The notes below the pieces were generated by a model. The model made no database searches. It was not told the origin of the DNA and worked only from the letters and a program-made list of their open reading frames with translations. From Octopus sinensis (lineage: Eukaryota), in assembly GCF_006345805.1 (NCBI RefSeq), contig NC_042997.1:48608001-48672000 (forward strand): a stretch of 64,000 nt of DNA. Reading direction: 5' to 3'. Shown piece after piece: positions 1 through 12,944 of this stretch. Made by a program: the position numbers and the translations under genes. The stretch's first letter is position 1. Every line of letters begins with the position of its first letter.

Positions 1-315
1 TATGTATGTATGTGTATATATATACATTTATTCTTTTACTCTTTTAATTGTTTCTCTCATTTGACTGCGGACATATATATGACGGTCCTCCACGCAGTGT
101 ACGTCGACCAAATACATTCACAATGAATTCGTCGGGTTGGGACTACAGAAGAATAGTAGAAGATATTTGCCCCAGTTTGGCAGTGTTGGAGAATCCGAAA
201 CCATATAGTTGCAAAGAAATACTGTTTATTACACGGCCATTAACCCCTTAGTTAATTATAATTTATTCCTCTAATACCAACTTAAGACGAGTGAATGAAG
301 TTCCGTTTGTTCCTT

Positions 316-321
316 TTTATT
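316..321 (-). terminator. Candidate polyadenylation signal AATAAA for the putative minus-strand gene
   Basis: Plus tttatt at 316-321 = AATAAA on minus, about 100 nt downstream of the candidate stop at 418-420. The motif is common by chance in AT-rich DNA. Confidence 0.3.
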
Positions 322-417
322 ATTGGAGTATCTTGGAAATCAATTCAATTCGATGCTAAACTGCGAATATTTTCGACCAAGCAAGTTTAAGATATAAAAA
401 TATACATAATTAGAATT

Positions 418-473
418 TCAGTTTGAGAATGTGAAGAGAATCTGATCGGCGCCATTCTGGCAGTTACCCACAC
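418..473 (-). CDS. Candidate terminal coding exon, (R)VGNCQNGADQILFTFSN*
   Basis: Acceptor aattttgcag| at 474; locally GC-richer; open in phase 1 to TGA (420-418); phase-compatible with 889-933. Confidence 0.35.
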
Positions 474-888
474 CTGCAAAATTAGCAAAATGTGTATCGT
501 GAATTTTAGAACTACTTGTTATATCTATATCTTTAGAAGGTTTTCCTTTTCAGCAAGTTAATTTAATATTAACTGGCTCCTCTCCTTACATCAGTGAAAT
601 GTTCCTTTCTCTCACCCCTCTCTCTCTCCCTCTCTCCGTCTCTATAACATATTAACCAATCAACCATGCTTTGTCAATGATAGTTAAATATGGACAAGAG
701 AAAATTCAGCACACAATAATTTGTGATTCTGTAAATGATGTCTAATATTTGAATAAGAGTTCGGCCATAAATCAAGAGCCATAAAACTTCAGCACACTAT
801 ATCAGTCGATAGACAATTAATATATGTTCCGAACTAGATATTTGTCAATAGATTTATAATCTCTAATTTTTACATTGTTTTGTTATAC

Positions 889-933
889 GATGGGCATTTG
901 TTGAATAGACGCAAGTAATGTCGGAATCTATTT
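889..933 (-). CDS. Candidate internal exon, (K)IDSDITCVYSTNAH, 45 nt, phase 1-1
   Basis: aacttttgcag| acceptor and |gtataa donor; open frame compatible with neighbouring candidate exons. Confidence 0.3.
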
Positions 934-1849
934 CTGCAAAAGTTATCTTTAGTATAACTCATTGTGCAACTCACATAATTAACAATAGACTATGAGTTAT
1001 TAGCAATGGAATTATCTGTTGAAAAGAAGATGCATTCTTTTGCGAATCCTATGCAACATGTATGTTTAAACACTATACATACAACACCTATCACAAGCTT
1101 ATCATGCTTTAAGCTTGATAGAATATGAATGAAGATATCTTCGGGAAAGCAAAGGACATAATATAATGCAACCTATGACATAGATTATTACATTCATCAA
1201 TGTTGTGTGTGTGTGTGTGTGTGGGGGGGTACTTTGATATTCTCTTAATCAGATGTGGTAGATATTTATCTTTGTGTGTGAGAATAGACTAGTGTGAGCG
1301 TGTTTATGTGTGTGTGTCTGACTACATGTCTGTGGGTGTGGAGAAAATGTATATACACATGGATAAAGAGAGAAACGCATAAATAGATTCATACCTATAG
1401 AGAAGCATGAATCGAAAGATGCCTATATATTATACTGATAGACAAATATACACTTTATACAGCATCTCAGTAGCCTAAACGTAGGATCTGAAGAGCGGCG
1501 AACCACTCTATGTCTAAACTTTTTAATGGATGCTTATATGCATATTACACAGACCAATCGTTTACCCAGCAGTGTCCAAAGCCCATAATTTTCACCATGA
1601 TCATCGTCGTCATCTTTTTCGTCGCTGCTAGTGTTGTTGCTGATGCTATTATTTTGTGGTTCACATAGCATTTCGTTTTTCTGTCGGTATTTGATTTCTA
1701 GATATCAAACTGGATCCTGCAGCCTTAGTTTGCTGTTACCTTTCTCATAGTACTTACTGGACGGAGTAACATTTTCTGTTGAGCCAGGAAATTCGTCTCG
1801 GTATAAACATCTTTGAGCCACCATTCAAATTTCTTTCAAGTATTCCAAA

Positions 1850-2940
1850 ACCTCCTATTGCTAAAGAAATAGTTTACAGATATTCCATCGAATGGAATAA
1901 CATCAATTCAGGAACACCCAAACTTTACGAAGGACTACAATGAGGGCGTAAAAGCTCTATTTGCTTAACAGTTTGAAGTTTCATATCTAAAATTCCTTTA
2001 CATAGTCATTTTCAAGTGTGTTCTGTGTAACGGCCACGCCCTTTTCGTATCTGTTCACCTCTATATTTTTCCACGATTTGCCATTGTATCAAGTAGCAAC
2101 TTTGTCGTGTCTCCAATTTTATAGGCCCTCTGATTATCATCTTATATTTTGAGATTATTTGAGAAAAAAACATCCTCCGTTTCATCACGCATTCTCCATT
2201 CAACCAAGATGTCTCCCTTATCGATGTTGTTCCTGCTGTATTTGATTTCTTCAATTATTTCACCCTGCGTGGTTAAATCCAAACCCCCTAAGACTTTCTT
2301 TAAAACCCCTTATTTAACCACTGAAGATTTTTCTGATCATCCTAACCATCAGTACTACGAAATGATTTTCTGTGTAAACAATTGTGTTTGTGTTGTTGCT
2401 ATCTAGCTTATAGACCTTCTTTTTTCTTCTAACACGTCTTACAACCACTAAAAGCATCGCTTCGCTTCCTTAACCTTTCTACTACTTCCACACTGTTGCC
2501 TACACTATTGCACGTCCCTTCCCGCATTCTTTTCATCACTAAGCTATCTGCTTCTTGATGTAAAGCCCTGCAGAGGGTCAGCAATTTCTTTGTAATTTTG
2601 TTCTTGTTCTCAAATGTTTCCTTTCGTTATTTGATTATTTTCTGAATCTCTATCGAATGATAACCACAATTCTTGAGTTTATGGCAGTGATAGCATTTAT
2701 GCGATTCCGTGTGGATTATAATATTCTACTAATTCTTTGGAAATAATCTTTGCTGATTTTAATATTCTTTGTTATAAGCTGTTTGTCATCAGCTTCCAAA
2801 ACACCTGGATACATATTTCCATAATCCATATTAAACTCCGTATATTCTTCTTCTTCAGTAAATTTATAATAACAACTATTAGTATTGTTATCATTGAGTG
2901 AAAGAGCAGTGCATACCATCAAAATGACAGTGGGTAAAAT
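1850..2940 (-). mobile_element. Heavily decayed R4/Dong-clade non-LTR retrotransposon (RT end to CCHC/RLE region)
   Basis: Minus-strand peptides YPGVLEADDKQ..ISKDYFQRISRIL, KITKKLLTLCRALHQEAD and a degenerate NIDK..WRM..E..SQIIS match the R4/Dong motifs YKYLGVLEAD, KTRKLLTMHGALHP and CRMC..ETVQHIVSEC. Confidence 0.7.
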
Positions 2941-3385
2941 ATACGAAGTCCAGTATAACCATCATGATGACATGTCTGATAAGGGCACACCAGGCATATG
3001 CATCACAGCCATATCTGCGCAACATGGTGATCTTATATCAAGATAAACAGGAGGGCCCAGTTAGACTTTTCTACAGATCGAATAGCCCATCTCGCTCAAA
3101 TGGTACTGAAATAAGAGTTGTTTAAGGATGTTGAACGAAACACTAATCTTTCTAGAGGTGAATTATTCAAACTCAAAATTTCCTCTTAACACATGGATAT
3201 GATGCTCCGCTACTATTTCTGCTAGTGATCAGAGACGCACATGTCATCAGCCACTAAGGGTCAAGCAAAAGCAAATGACAAGTAAATCTGTGGTATTGAG
3301 CAGAATATTTGTTGTAGACCCTCTTTCATACCAAGTCAAAACATGTACATGATAACACTTCAAATCAGTTAAGATCAGAAGTTAT
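2897..3385. repeat. About 490-bp interspersed repeat; inverted copy at 20590-21085
   Basis: gagcagtgcataccatcaaaatgacagtgggtaaaatatacgaagtccagtata... is the reverse complement of the 21000-21085 end of the second copy; similarity extends along the length. Confidence 0.75.
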
Positions 3386-3404
3386 ATAATAATAATAATA
3401 ACAA

Positions 3405-3789
3405 AGGCGGCGAGCTGGCAGAAAGGTTAGCACGCCGGGCGAAATGCGTAGCCTTATTTCGTCTGCCGCTACGTTCTGAGTTCAAATTCCGCCGAGGTCG
3501 ACTTTGCCTTCCATTTCGAGGTCGATAAATTAAATAGCAATTACGCACTGGGGTCGATGTAATCGACTTAATCCGTTTGTCTGTCCTTGTTTGTCCTCTC
3601 TGTGTTTAACCCCTTATGGGTAGTAAAGAAATAGGTATTTCGCCAGTCTTTATGTTCTGAGTTCAAATTCCATCGAAGACTACTTTGCATTTCATCCTTT
3701 CGAGATCGATAAATTAAGTACCATTTGCGTACTAATCGACTAGCCTCCTCCCCAAAAATATCGAGCCTTGTGCCTAGACTAGAAAATAC

Positions 3790-3790
<1 letters not shown>
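3405..3790 (+). mobile_element. Two tandem tRNA-derived SINEs with Meta/MESC-like core
   Basis: aaggcggcgagctggcagaa (A box), gagttcaaattcc (B box), then gtcgactttgcctt(t)cat..cgaggtcgataaattaa; an (ATT)n tail follows. Confidence 0.85.
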
Positions 3791-3820
<30 letters not shown>

Positions 3821-3889
3821 GTTATTATTATTATTACTACTATTATTATTACTACTACTACTACTACTACTATTTAAGACACTGCACAG

Positions 3890-4682
3890 TATCCAATATC
3901 GTGATGTTGTTGATTGAAGATATTGTATTGCGTGTAGCGGGGTTTGTAATGTCTGTCAAATAAAACAAGGACCTTATGCAATATGCGTGCAGTTCCGAGC
4001 CATGCCGATTTTTGTAATACACCTAGATTGAGTGTTATTTCTGAAGTTTCCAGATGTTTTTTCAGGTTGGGTGGTATTGAATTCAGTGCTCAGATGACAA
4101 TAGGGTCAAACTTTATGTTTTACCCTCATAGCTGCCTTCATATTGGTGATTTCAATTCTCCGGTTTCCATATTTTTCAACCTTATGTCTTTCTTTCACGA
4201 TGACATGTCGTGTCTGCGTTTGTACTCTCTGCGCAAGACTTTCACAAACACTAACAATGTGAGTCACACTTTCGACCCTCTTCCCACATATTCTGCAGAG
4301 GTTCGTTGCACTTGTGTGGTATATATCCCTTTCTACGGAGTTGGAATTCAACGACTGATCCTGGGCAGCGATGATTAGGTTTACAGTATTCGTTTTTAGG
4401 TCACCCTTGTTGAGCCACTTCCATGATACTTCCTGGACATTTGGCTAATTCCAGCGTCAGCTCTCTCTTTACTCTTTTACTTGTTTAAGTCATTTGACTT
4501 CAGCCATGCTGGAGCACCACCTTAATCGAGCAACTCGACCCCAGGACTTATTCTTTGTAAGCCCAGTACTTACTTATTCTATCGGTCTCTTTTGCCGAAC
4601 CGCTAAGTGACGGGGACATAAACACACCAGCATTGGTTGTCAAGCAATACTAGGGGGACAAACACAGACACACAAACACACA

Positions 4683-4738
<56 letters not shown>

Positions 4739-5235
4739 CATATATACGACGGGCTTCTTTCAGTTTCCGTCTACCAAATTCACTCACAAGGCTTTGGTCG
4801 GCCCGAGGCTATAGTAAAAGACACTTGCCCAAGGTGCCACGCAGTGGGACTGAAACCGGAACCATGTGGTTGGTAAGCAAGCTACTTACCACACAGCCAC
4901 TCCTGCGCCTATCATTTATTCTTAATGATGTTTCTACGTATATTAGGCTATTTGATTCTTCATTGCCTACTAAGTTTGTGCCATGAGTTTATTGTTCGGC
5001 TTTAGTTGGGCTGTATAGAAACTTTCAACACAACTCTATAATCCTCTCTAGTCCATTTATATGCGTTTTGCTTTAGGTGATGCTTTTGGTGGCGTCACTA
5101 TAGGTCTAGGGTTAGGATTATCTTGGATCTCGTTACGTAGTAGATCGTCTTTTAGCAGCAGCCCTTTTACCCTAGTCTGGTTCTCCACTGAGTAACGCGG
5201 ACCATGTTGTCCCTGGTGATGATAGATCCGGAATG
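3890..5235 (-). mobile_element. R4/Dong-clade LINE 3' fragment interrupted by a SINE (4465-4909)
   Basis: IAAQDQ-like NSNSVERDIYHTSATNLCRICGKRVESVTHIVSVCESLAQ (CCHC knuckle) and C-terminal PIVI..LKKHLE..LQKSAWLGTARILHKVL. Confidence 0.8.
4465..4909 (-). mobile_element. tRNA-derived SINE with CORE/V-like body and internal (TA)n
   Basis: On minus: ggcgcaggagtggctgtgtggtaag...ggtttcagtcccactgcgtggcaccttgggcaagtgtctt...aaacaagtaaaagag-like tail; near-identical to copies at 38531, 54294 and 56753. Confidence 0.9.
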
Positions 5236-5285
5236 AGATTAGACATGTTTTATTATTATCATCATCATTATTATTATTATTATTA

Positions 5286-5327
<42 letters not shown>

Positions 5328-5702
5328 TAAAGGTAGCAGAATCATTAACATACCGGGCAAAATGCTTAAAGGCATTTTGTCCGTCCTTACGTTCTGTGTT
5401 CAAATTCCGCCGGCGTCGAGTTTCTCTTTCATCCTTTCCATGCCAATGAAATAAGTACCAGCTACGGATTGGGGTCCATGGGTCCGACAAGCACCCTCTC
5501 CAAAAAGGACATGCCTTGTGCCTATAGTAGAAAGATTTTTTTGTCGTTGTTTTCTTCTTGTCGCAGGAATTAATCTTACTCCAGTTAGAATTTATACGCG
5601 TAGCGGCTTAGTACGTGTTAAAAACTCTCCATTATTTTCAACAACACGTTTATTCAATAAAATTCAAACATATTTGTCGGATAACTTTCAGCGAAACCTT
5701 AC

Positions 5703-5740
5703 TTGTAATATCAAGCTTTATGATGATAGCAAGTTGGTTT
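5703..5740 (-). CDS. Candidate internal exon, (L)NQLAIIIKLDIT, 38 nt, phase 2-1
   Basis: ttaatatttcag| acceptor and |gtaagg donor; only one frame is open. Confidence 0.4.
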
Positions 5741-5977
5741 CTGAAATATTAAGTAAATTTCTTTATATTGTATAATCAATGATAGAAATTCCTCGAGCTA
5801 TGTTTACTGAAAAGAGCTATAAAGGAATTATTTTCATTTTAACTATAAAGAACTTGGACTACATAGAAGAACATCTTAAACAGGTTATTTGTATACGGAC
5901 TTTCATGGCTTTCGAAGAAACTTTTTTGAAACTTGTAGTAACATTGCAATCCTCATGTGTAACAAAATATATTGAAT

Positions 5978-6247
5978 ACATGAAATATCTAAATGGAAGA
6001 AAGGACTAATTTTACATAACATAGGATGTTACATCTGAATACTACTTTGGAGACAGATGTACTTTGAAAAGTAAAACTTTAGGTAATTCAAAGATCAATG
6101 TACAATTGAAGACATGAAATATATAAATGAAAGAAAGGACCAACATATATTTTACATGACATATGATGTTAAATCTGAATAGTGCTTAGGAGACAGATGT
6201 AGTTTGAATAGTAAAACTTCAGGAAACTCAAAGATCAATGTATAATA
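5978..6247. repeat. Imperfect tandem duplication of an about 135-bp unit
   Basis: catgaaatat..aaatg.aagaaaggac...ggagacagatgta.tttgaa.agtaaaact...tcaaagatcaatgta occurs twice back to back. Confidence 0.85.
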
Positions 6248-6672
6248 CTCAGTAATGAAACATATGTACATTGCCATTAAGGTTTTTTTTTCTTCATTTT
6301 CATCTGAGAAAGCAACAGAATAAAAATGATAAATAGCTTTGTTAATAGCTAAGTGTAAGCAAACTTTTTCGTATATTCAATTAAGTTTCATTTAACACAG
6401 AAAATATAGAAAAATCTATCATTATTTGACATTATTTCTCCTAGAGTAACACTTAACATTCCGTAGACATTGCTCTACTGTGTATTACATAGCTTCTGTA
6501 TGTAACATAAATGAAAGTTGCAGCCGTAATTCTTATTAGTAATCTGTAATCATTTTTGGAAATGAAATTGTCAAAATAAAACAGAGGAGGAAATATATGT
6601 AAATGTTCAACATAATATTGTAAACAAAAATATTTCACTCTAGATGGAATACAGTCATCCATTATTTCGTAC

Positions 6673-6714
6673 AGAAATTTGAGGACTAAATTATATTCTC
6701 CTGGAATTACATTT
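6673..6714 (-). CDS. Candidate internal exon, (R)NVIPGEYNLVLKF, 42 nt, phase 2-2
   Basis: acaatttcag| acceptor and |gtacga donor; protein-like open frame. Confidence 0.35.
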
Positions 6715-6894
6715 CTGAAATTGTAGACTTCTACAATAACTATTCTGTAAATTTGTACTTATTGATTTTTAAATTTTATAGAATATCATTTCGTATTTGA
6801 TTGCCGAGTTGTTCATTGCTATAAATGAAAATAGAATACAGTATCACTAAACTAAATTTTTTATTCACTATGGTTTGCTTAGTCATGAATGCCC

Positions 6895-7190
6895 TTTGGA
6901 AACACATTAGTCCTCAAACGAGGAATCTATTAAGTAATAATATCAGGCAATCGCTGGCTGAGTACTCTCAGCGTACACAAAACACTGCACAGTGAGCGCA
7001 ATATGAGCAAGTAGAAAATTCGATGTATATGGCTCAATGAAGAATATCTCCAATCCCACGTCCGAAACACTTTGTGAAGATATTTGTCTAAGACACAGAA
7101 AACATGAGAGAACCTATGAGGTTGAAGATCTTCTTTTATCATAATGGAGACAACGGAACTTGACAAGAAACACATCAAAACAGGTTATTG
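6895..7190 (-). mobile_element. R4/Dong LINE fragment
   Basis: Minus strand: IIMIKEDLQPHRF...HKVFRTWDWRYSS...LRVLSQRLPDIIT, resembling the R4 RT C-terminal region (KVIP-YTFG..W...LDRKTRK). Confidence 0.5.
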
Positions 7191-7497
7191 CAAAACACAG
7201 ACTGAGATACTACCGAAAATGACTGCCCTGTTTTTATCAAATATAGAGAATAGAAAAACAGAAAAATTTAGGTCTAAAAAAATAGTAGCGATTACTTAAA
7301 ACTATAAATTCTAATAAAGCATTGTATCAAACACACTCGTAAAATCAAACATCACAAATATTTATAGAAATATCAGTAAAGCAGAGGCTGGGGCGATGCT
7401 GATATAAGTTGAAATTTTAGTGCCGAATTCAAATCACCCAGAAGTATAACGAGTTCCTATTGTTTCTGTTGTATTTATATTAATATTATAAGATAGC

Positions 7498-7892
7498 GCA
7501 GGCGGCGAGCTGGCAGAATCATTAGCACACCGGACAAATTGTTTAACGGCATTTCGTCCATCTTTTGGTTCTGAGTTCAAATTCCGCCAAGGTCGACTTT
7601 GCCATTCGTCCTTTCGAGGTCAATAGAATAAGTAGCAGTTGAGCCAGTATTTGAAAACAATATCATAGGATAGCACATATCACAAAATGATTGACAGCAT
7701 TTTGTGGGTGGAACTCTTTATTTTCCGAGTTCAAATATTACGAAGGACAACGTTATCTTTTATTCTTTCGTGGTCGATAAAATAAAGTACCAATCAAGTA
7801 CTGGGTCGATGTTATGGACTCGTCCCCTTCCTCAAAATATGCGGCCTTGTGCCACAATTAGAAATTATTATTGTTATTATTATTATTATTAT

Positions 7893-7931
<39 letters not shown>

Positions 7932-8175
7932 CAGCAGTAGCAGTAGTAGTAGTAGTAGTAGTAGCAGTAGCAGTAGTAGTAGTAGTATTAGTAGTAGTAG
8001 AAAGCATTATTATCATACCGCGCTTTATTTCTTCCCAAGTTCAAATTGCGCCGCGGCTTTGTTTTAGTTGCATCCAAGTCAACAAAACATAACAGCAGAC
8101 TTGTGCTGGGGTTCGTGATATCGGCAAACCCCTCCCCTCAAAACTTCTAGTTTTGTGCCTAAATTACAAGCAATT
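7498..8175 (+). mobile_element. Cluster of Meta-core SINE copies separated by (TAG/ATT)n
   Basis: ggcggcgagctggcagaatcattagc..gagttcaaattccgcc at 7500; further decayed copies at about 7700 and 8010. Confidence 0.75.
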
Positions 8176-10425
8176 ATTATATCCCCTAGCTCAGACTCAG
8201 GGCCGAGTTAATTTATATAAAAAAAAATATAGATAAGCGCACGCGTGTGTATGTATATGTGTGTGCGTGTGCGTGAGTTTGTGTGTATGTGGTATGTGTG
8301 TGTGGTATGTGTGTGCGTGTTACTGAACCTGAATGGATTGCTTCCGACTGAAAAAATTCGTTGCATATTTTATTGAATATATTATCTTCTTTTCTTGTTT
8401 TTGTTAATACCTTGTGATTTGTGTTGAATTTTCTGCTAATATTACTGAGATCTAGAAGTATACTTCACAATTTTTCACACCATGACCCATTACTGTAAAA
8501 GGCAACTATTATATCTATGTATGTTGAACAGTACCAAGGTTTTTTTTTTTTCTTTCCATCAAACTACTTAATATGCAAATTGTTTCTAGATCACACTTCA
8601 GATTCCTGTTGCTTGTTGATTGAATTTTTTTTTCCCTTCGTTTTCTCGCTTAAACATGAATGTCGAGTCCCAGAAACAGTAAGTTATAAATTTAATTTTC
8701 TTCTCAATATAATGAAGAACGAGCAATATTACATTTACTTGGGGGTCTTTTTAACGTTATGGGGATGCTTAAAATGCATTAATTTGAGGACTAATAGCTA
8801 TTCAATCGTTCGCTTTTTGCTATGCATTTTAAATAGTCAGCGCATATACACACGTTAGTACTAATGTTTTTACATCTATTATGACACCTGCTCAATCTCA
8901 TGTGCGTTGCCTTTATATATAAATGCGAAAATTACGATATATAATGTAGTACAGTAATAACTAGAGCGTCGTCGATGTTATTTCGTATTACAGCGAGATA
9001 AAAGGTAATTTCAATGTTACAGACTGGAAGGAGAAAGAAAGCGCAAAACTAAAAATGCTATTGTGTTTAATTATATTTGTAATATAACATGTAATAATTA
9101 CGGCTGAGTCAACTGAAATAAGGTTAAATGAAATATTTTCCTCGATGAAAAATCCGCTGATCAGAATGAAGAACGTATGATCTTGATCTCAACACACTAA
9201 TTATTGTGCTACACAATTTCAAACACATACGCAAAAATACACACACATTAACACACACACATATTAATACACACACACACACGCACGCTTATATGATTGC
9301 TGTCCACTCATGACCAAGGATGATCATCATTGATCGTCAAATGTAGCCCGAAAAAATCCTGTATGTATATGTATGTAAAGATATACATACGTGTATAAAT
9401 GTGTGTCTGTAATATACGCTAGTTATTTAGAAATAATTTAAAGAAAGTCATGAAAGAATTTTGCAAATAGTTATTCTTTCTATGATAGAAGTTTTGGGAG
9501 AAGGATACGTCGATTCCATGGACCCCAGTGCTCAACTGGTACTTCTTTTATCCACTCCTAGAGGATCAAAGGTAAACTAGAACGTGAAAAGCCGGAAGAA
9601 ATACCGCTATTTTGTGTGGTTGGCTAGACATTCTTCCAGCGCGACTAAATAATATCATACGAGTACAAACGTCTCAAAACTTTCCCCTTTTTTTACAGTA
9701 TACAAACAGATGGTAGACCTCGGCCAACATGTTAGCCATTGCTTACTGACCAAAGACTGCCAAGTATCATACATCATCTACCTAATCTAATGCTATCTTC
9801 GTTTACTATATTCACAAGATATTACACCAGTAATTCTAAGTATATTTATTCAATACTTTGTTTAGGTTTATGTAAAATTTCCTCTCTGAAGAGGTGATCG
9901 TGCTTAAAGCAGGACTAGTTAATCATAAGTAACGTTTCACACTAGACCTTCATAATGTTACAGAATAAAAATACCTCAACACTTGAGCTAATGGATGAAT
10001 GGCACCCAAAGCGGTGACGATTTCAATAAACTGCTGCATATTTACTTCGTTCAGTGTCTTTTGACACACATTCTATGGTGGGCTATGCACCACCAATTCT
10101 GTGTCTCTCGCCGAAAACAGCACGTTGTACAGACCGATGGCCTCCTTCGTGACCTAACCCGTTGTTTTACGACTCATAAAGAGTATTTTCTTCCGAGAAA
10201 ATTACCGCACGATTGAGTGAAGAAAACCGTGTTAAAAGTACATCTGATTAATGTTTCCTTAATAAAATAACTTCAGACTGACATCTCTCTACACAAGCCA
10301 GCTGATTTATTACTTGATGTTTACATATATAAGTACCACAGTTCTTAGCAGGCCAAGAGCAGCGTATTCTGAAGCTAATGAAGTTTCAGGTTGCAGAAAC
10401 AGATGTCTTACGGTCCAATGACAGC

Positions 10426-10461
<36 letters not shown>

Positions 10462-10524
10462 ATACATAAATATATACCTATGTACATTTATACATTCATA
10501 TGCATTTATATGCATACCCATATA

Positions 10525-10560
<36 letters not shown>

Positions 10561-10561
<1 letters not shown>

Positions 10562-10868
10562 GCGCAATGGCCCAGTGGTTAGGGCAGCGGACTCGCGGTC
10601 GTAGGATCGCGGTTTCGATTTCCAGACCGGGCGTTGTGAGTGTTTATTGAGCGAAAACACCTAAAGCTCCACGAGGCTCCGGCAGGGGATGGTGGTGATC
10701 CCTGCTGTACTCTTTCGCCACAACTTTCTCTCACTCTTTCTTCTGTTGGCCTGCACGCTTAGCCAGCAGGGTGGCGTTATTTGAAGGCTAAAACAATGCG
10801 AAGCGCATTGTGACCAGCGATGTGTAGCAACATCTGATAGCCTGGTCGGTCACGGTGATCACGGTGAT
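10561..10868 (+). mobile_element. tRNA-derived SINE (head GGCGCAATGGCCCAGTGGTTAGGG), tail type A
   Basis: A box tggcccagtgg, B box ggtttcgatttcc; shared body gggcgttgtgagtgtttattgagcgaaaacacctaaagctccacgaggctccggcagggg; ends in a cacggtgat repeat then (TA)n. Confidence 0.85.
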
Positions 10869-10879
10869 ATATACATATA

Positions 10880-10929
<50 letters not shown>

Positions 10930-11236
10930 TGGGAGGGGGTAAATGAACATTAAGATCCAGGAAGATAAAAACTAATGTCAATTAGACGTACACAGTGAAT
11001 ACATTAGTTTGACGCTCAGTGAATGCTTTAGATGGTATAATAGGATCGAAGATGATGTTTCGAGCATGGATCTTCATCGGAAAAAAGAAAATCTCCACCA
11101 ATAGTCAATGTCCCAGTATGTACTCCGTCTGTCGCTGAAATCAGTAAATGATCAGAAATGTGAAAATAAAAGTTATGGATTTCTTTCATTTTCCATCTAA
11201 CAAATTATACACATATATTTCTCTTCTTATTATAGA

Positions 11237-11637
11237 CTAGCAGTATCGCCCGGCGTTGCTCAGGTTTGTAAGGGAAATAACTATATAAGCATTTTTAGAG
11301 ATGTAAAGTATAATAGCCATCTCAATATGGTTAACCACAAAGTGGGGGGGGGGTTACTGTAGCTTTTTACGTTCTGAGATTTAATAATACATTTTTAGAG
11401 AGTTACTTCCCTTATATAACAGCAAAAAATGCATTAAAAATGGGAAAAAATTGTGGTAATTTTTTTTTTTTAATCGTAGACTCATCGTAGACGCGCGCTA
11501 ATCCCTAAAGGGCTCGATATGAATCACGACTATAAGATACCCGGTTTTGGTTAAACTGCACCGCAAAATGTGGGAGTAGTTAGGAATCTAAATCGTAGGA
11601 GACAGACAGAACACAACCTAACTTTTATATATAAAGA
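11237..11637 (-). mobile_element. Non-autonomous Helitron, 401 bp
   Basis: On minus: starts TC(TTTATATATAAAAG), ends with imperfect GC hairpin cctgagcaacgccggg then ...CTAG; inserted between A and T with no TSD. Confidence 0.75.
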
Positions 11638-12049
11638 TTTGATTTTGCCCCTAATACTTTTCCGTAGCCCTATTTACATTTATCGTCAACTTTAATGATT
11701 ATGTTTTTAAAAATTGAGAATAAATTTCCATTAAATTGTATACGTTTGGAGATTCAATAACGCAATGTGATGGCTAATCATAGTTTGAGTGTATTTCTAA
11801 CATTACAAAAGCGGTGAGGAAATTGCTAATATCTATTTCTACAAGTAAATGTGCATGTATACATCCATAGACACATATACATATGCTATATTGGTAACAA
11901 CCACAATTCCAACAGGTCTGTGGGGTGCTATTTTGCATATATATTAAATAGTTTTGTAGTCTGTGATTAATAATACATCTCCTTTGTGTTGGTACCTCCA
12001 CTCAGTACAATATTCATCTTTAATAGTAGTCGACATTATCACAAAATTA

Positions 12050-12560
12050 ACAGAAAGTTGCCTGCCAATCCCTAAAGCTTACGTCGTCCATATTAACAAT
12101 ACTTCCAGACTTGAAATGTCCAAATCAAAATGCTACAGTGATGTATTGATCTGTTCCTTTACCCGCAGTTTATAACCTATATCTACACAAGTTTCCAAAA
12201 CCACCACAAAATGTACACGCAGCCTCATACACAGATAACATCGCACTTACATGCACCTACCATTCTCCATTCACAGCTGTACTATTAATTGAAAACTGCA
12301 TTAGTTTCCTAGTAAACTGAATACAGCAAGATCAATCTTTTAATCCCTATGATAAACAACATCAAACACCTAGATGCGTATGCAACAGCCCGGAATTCTG
12401 CAGCGATAATATTCTAAGAATACTATCTATCCAACTCTGACTAGACGCTTCAAGAACATAGGCACACAGAAATAGCTGCTACGTCCATAGTCTCACTGGC
12501 AACAAACACTATCCTTAGAAATCAAACTATCAGCGTTATATGCGGAAGCTCACAAACTGA
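12050..12560 (+). mobile_element. Decayed non-LTR RT fragment (Jockey/I-like)
   Basis: PLPAVYNLYLHKFPKPPQNVHAASYTDNIALT resembles the SPLLFNLY...YADD RT core. Confidence 0.55.
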
Positions 12561-12645
12561 TGCACTCATTTCATTCTATTCTATTTAAGTTAGTGTTTCT
12601 ATTGCGCTCACCGCAATAATTTATGGGCGTATAGGGGTATACTGG

Positions 12646-12944
12646 AGGTGCAATGGCTCAGTGGTTATGGTAGCGGACTCGCGGTTTCGATTTTCAGCCC
12701 GGGCGTTGTGTTTGTTGAGCGAAAACACCTAAAATATCCACGAGGCTCCGGCAGGGGGTGGTAGCGACCCCTGTTGTATTCTTTCGCCGCAACTTTCTCT
12801 CACTCTCTCTTCCTGTTTCTTGAGTAACGCTGCGATGGACTGGCATCCCGTCCAGCTGGGGGGAACCCATATGCCACAGAAACTGGGTAACTGGCTCCAT
12901 GAGCCTGGCTAGGCTTGAAAAGGGCGCATGAATAAATAAAAAAA
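12646..12944 (+). mobile_element. tRNA-derived SINE, same head as 10561, tail type B (Deu/Nin-like domain), with A-rich tail and 15-bp TSD
   Basis: TSD ATAGGGGTATACTGG at 12631-12645 and 12945-12959; tail gtaacgctgcgatggactggcatcccgtccag...cacagaaactggg; ends aataaataaaaaaa. Confidence 0.85.

Noticed and set aside
8657-9130. Plus-strand ATG..CAGAAACA|gtaagt and a downstream acceptor at about 9019; also an 11-nt minus micro-exon candidate at 9102-9112
   Set aside because: The joined plus frame stops after about 35 codons; the micro-exon phases do not fit the chain.
9990-10230. Possible very decayed mariner N-terminus on minus (LLYE..LGHE)
   Set aside because: Needs several frameshifts and no TIR recognised; too weak to list.
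10561-10635. tRNA-like A/B boxes, here and in other SINE heads
   Set aside because: No complete cloverleaf or acceptor stem; they continue into SINE bodies, so they are not tRNA genes.
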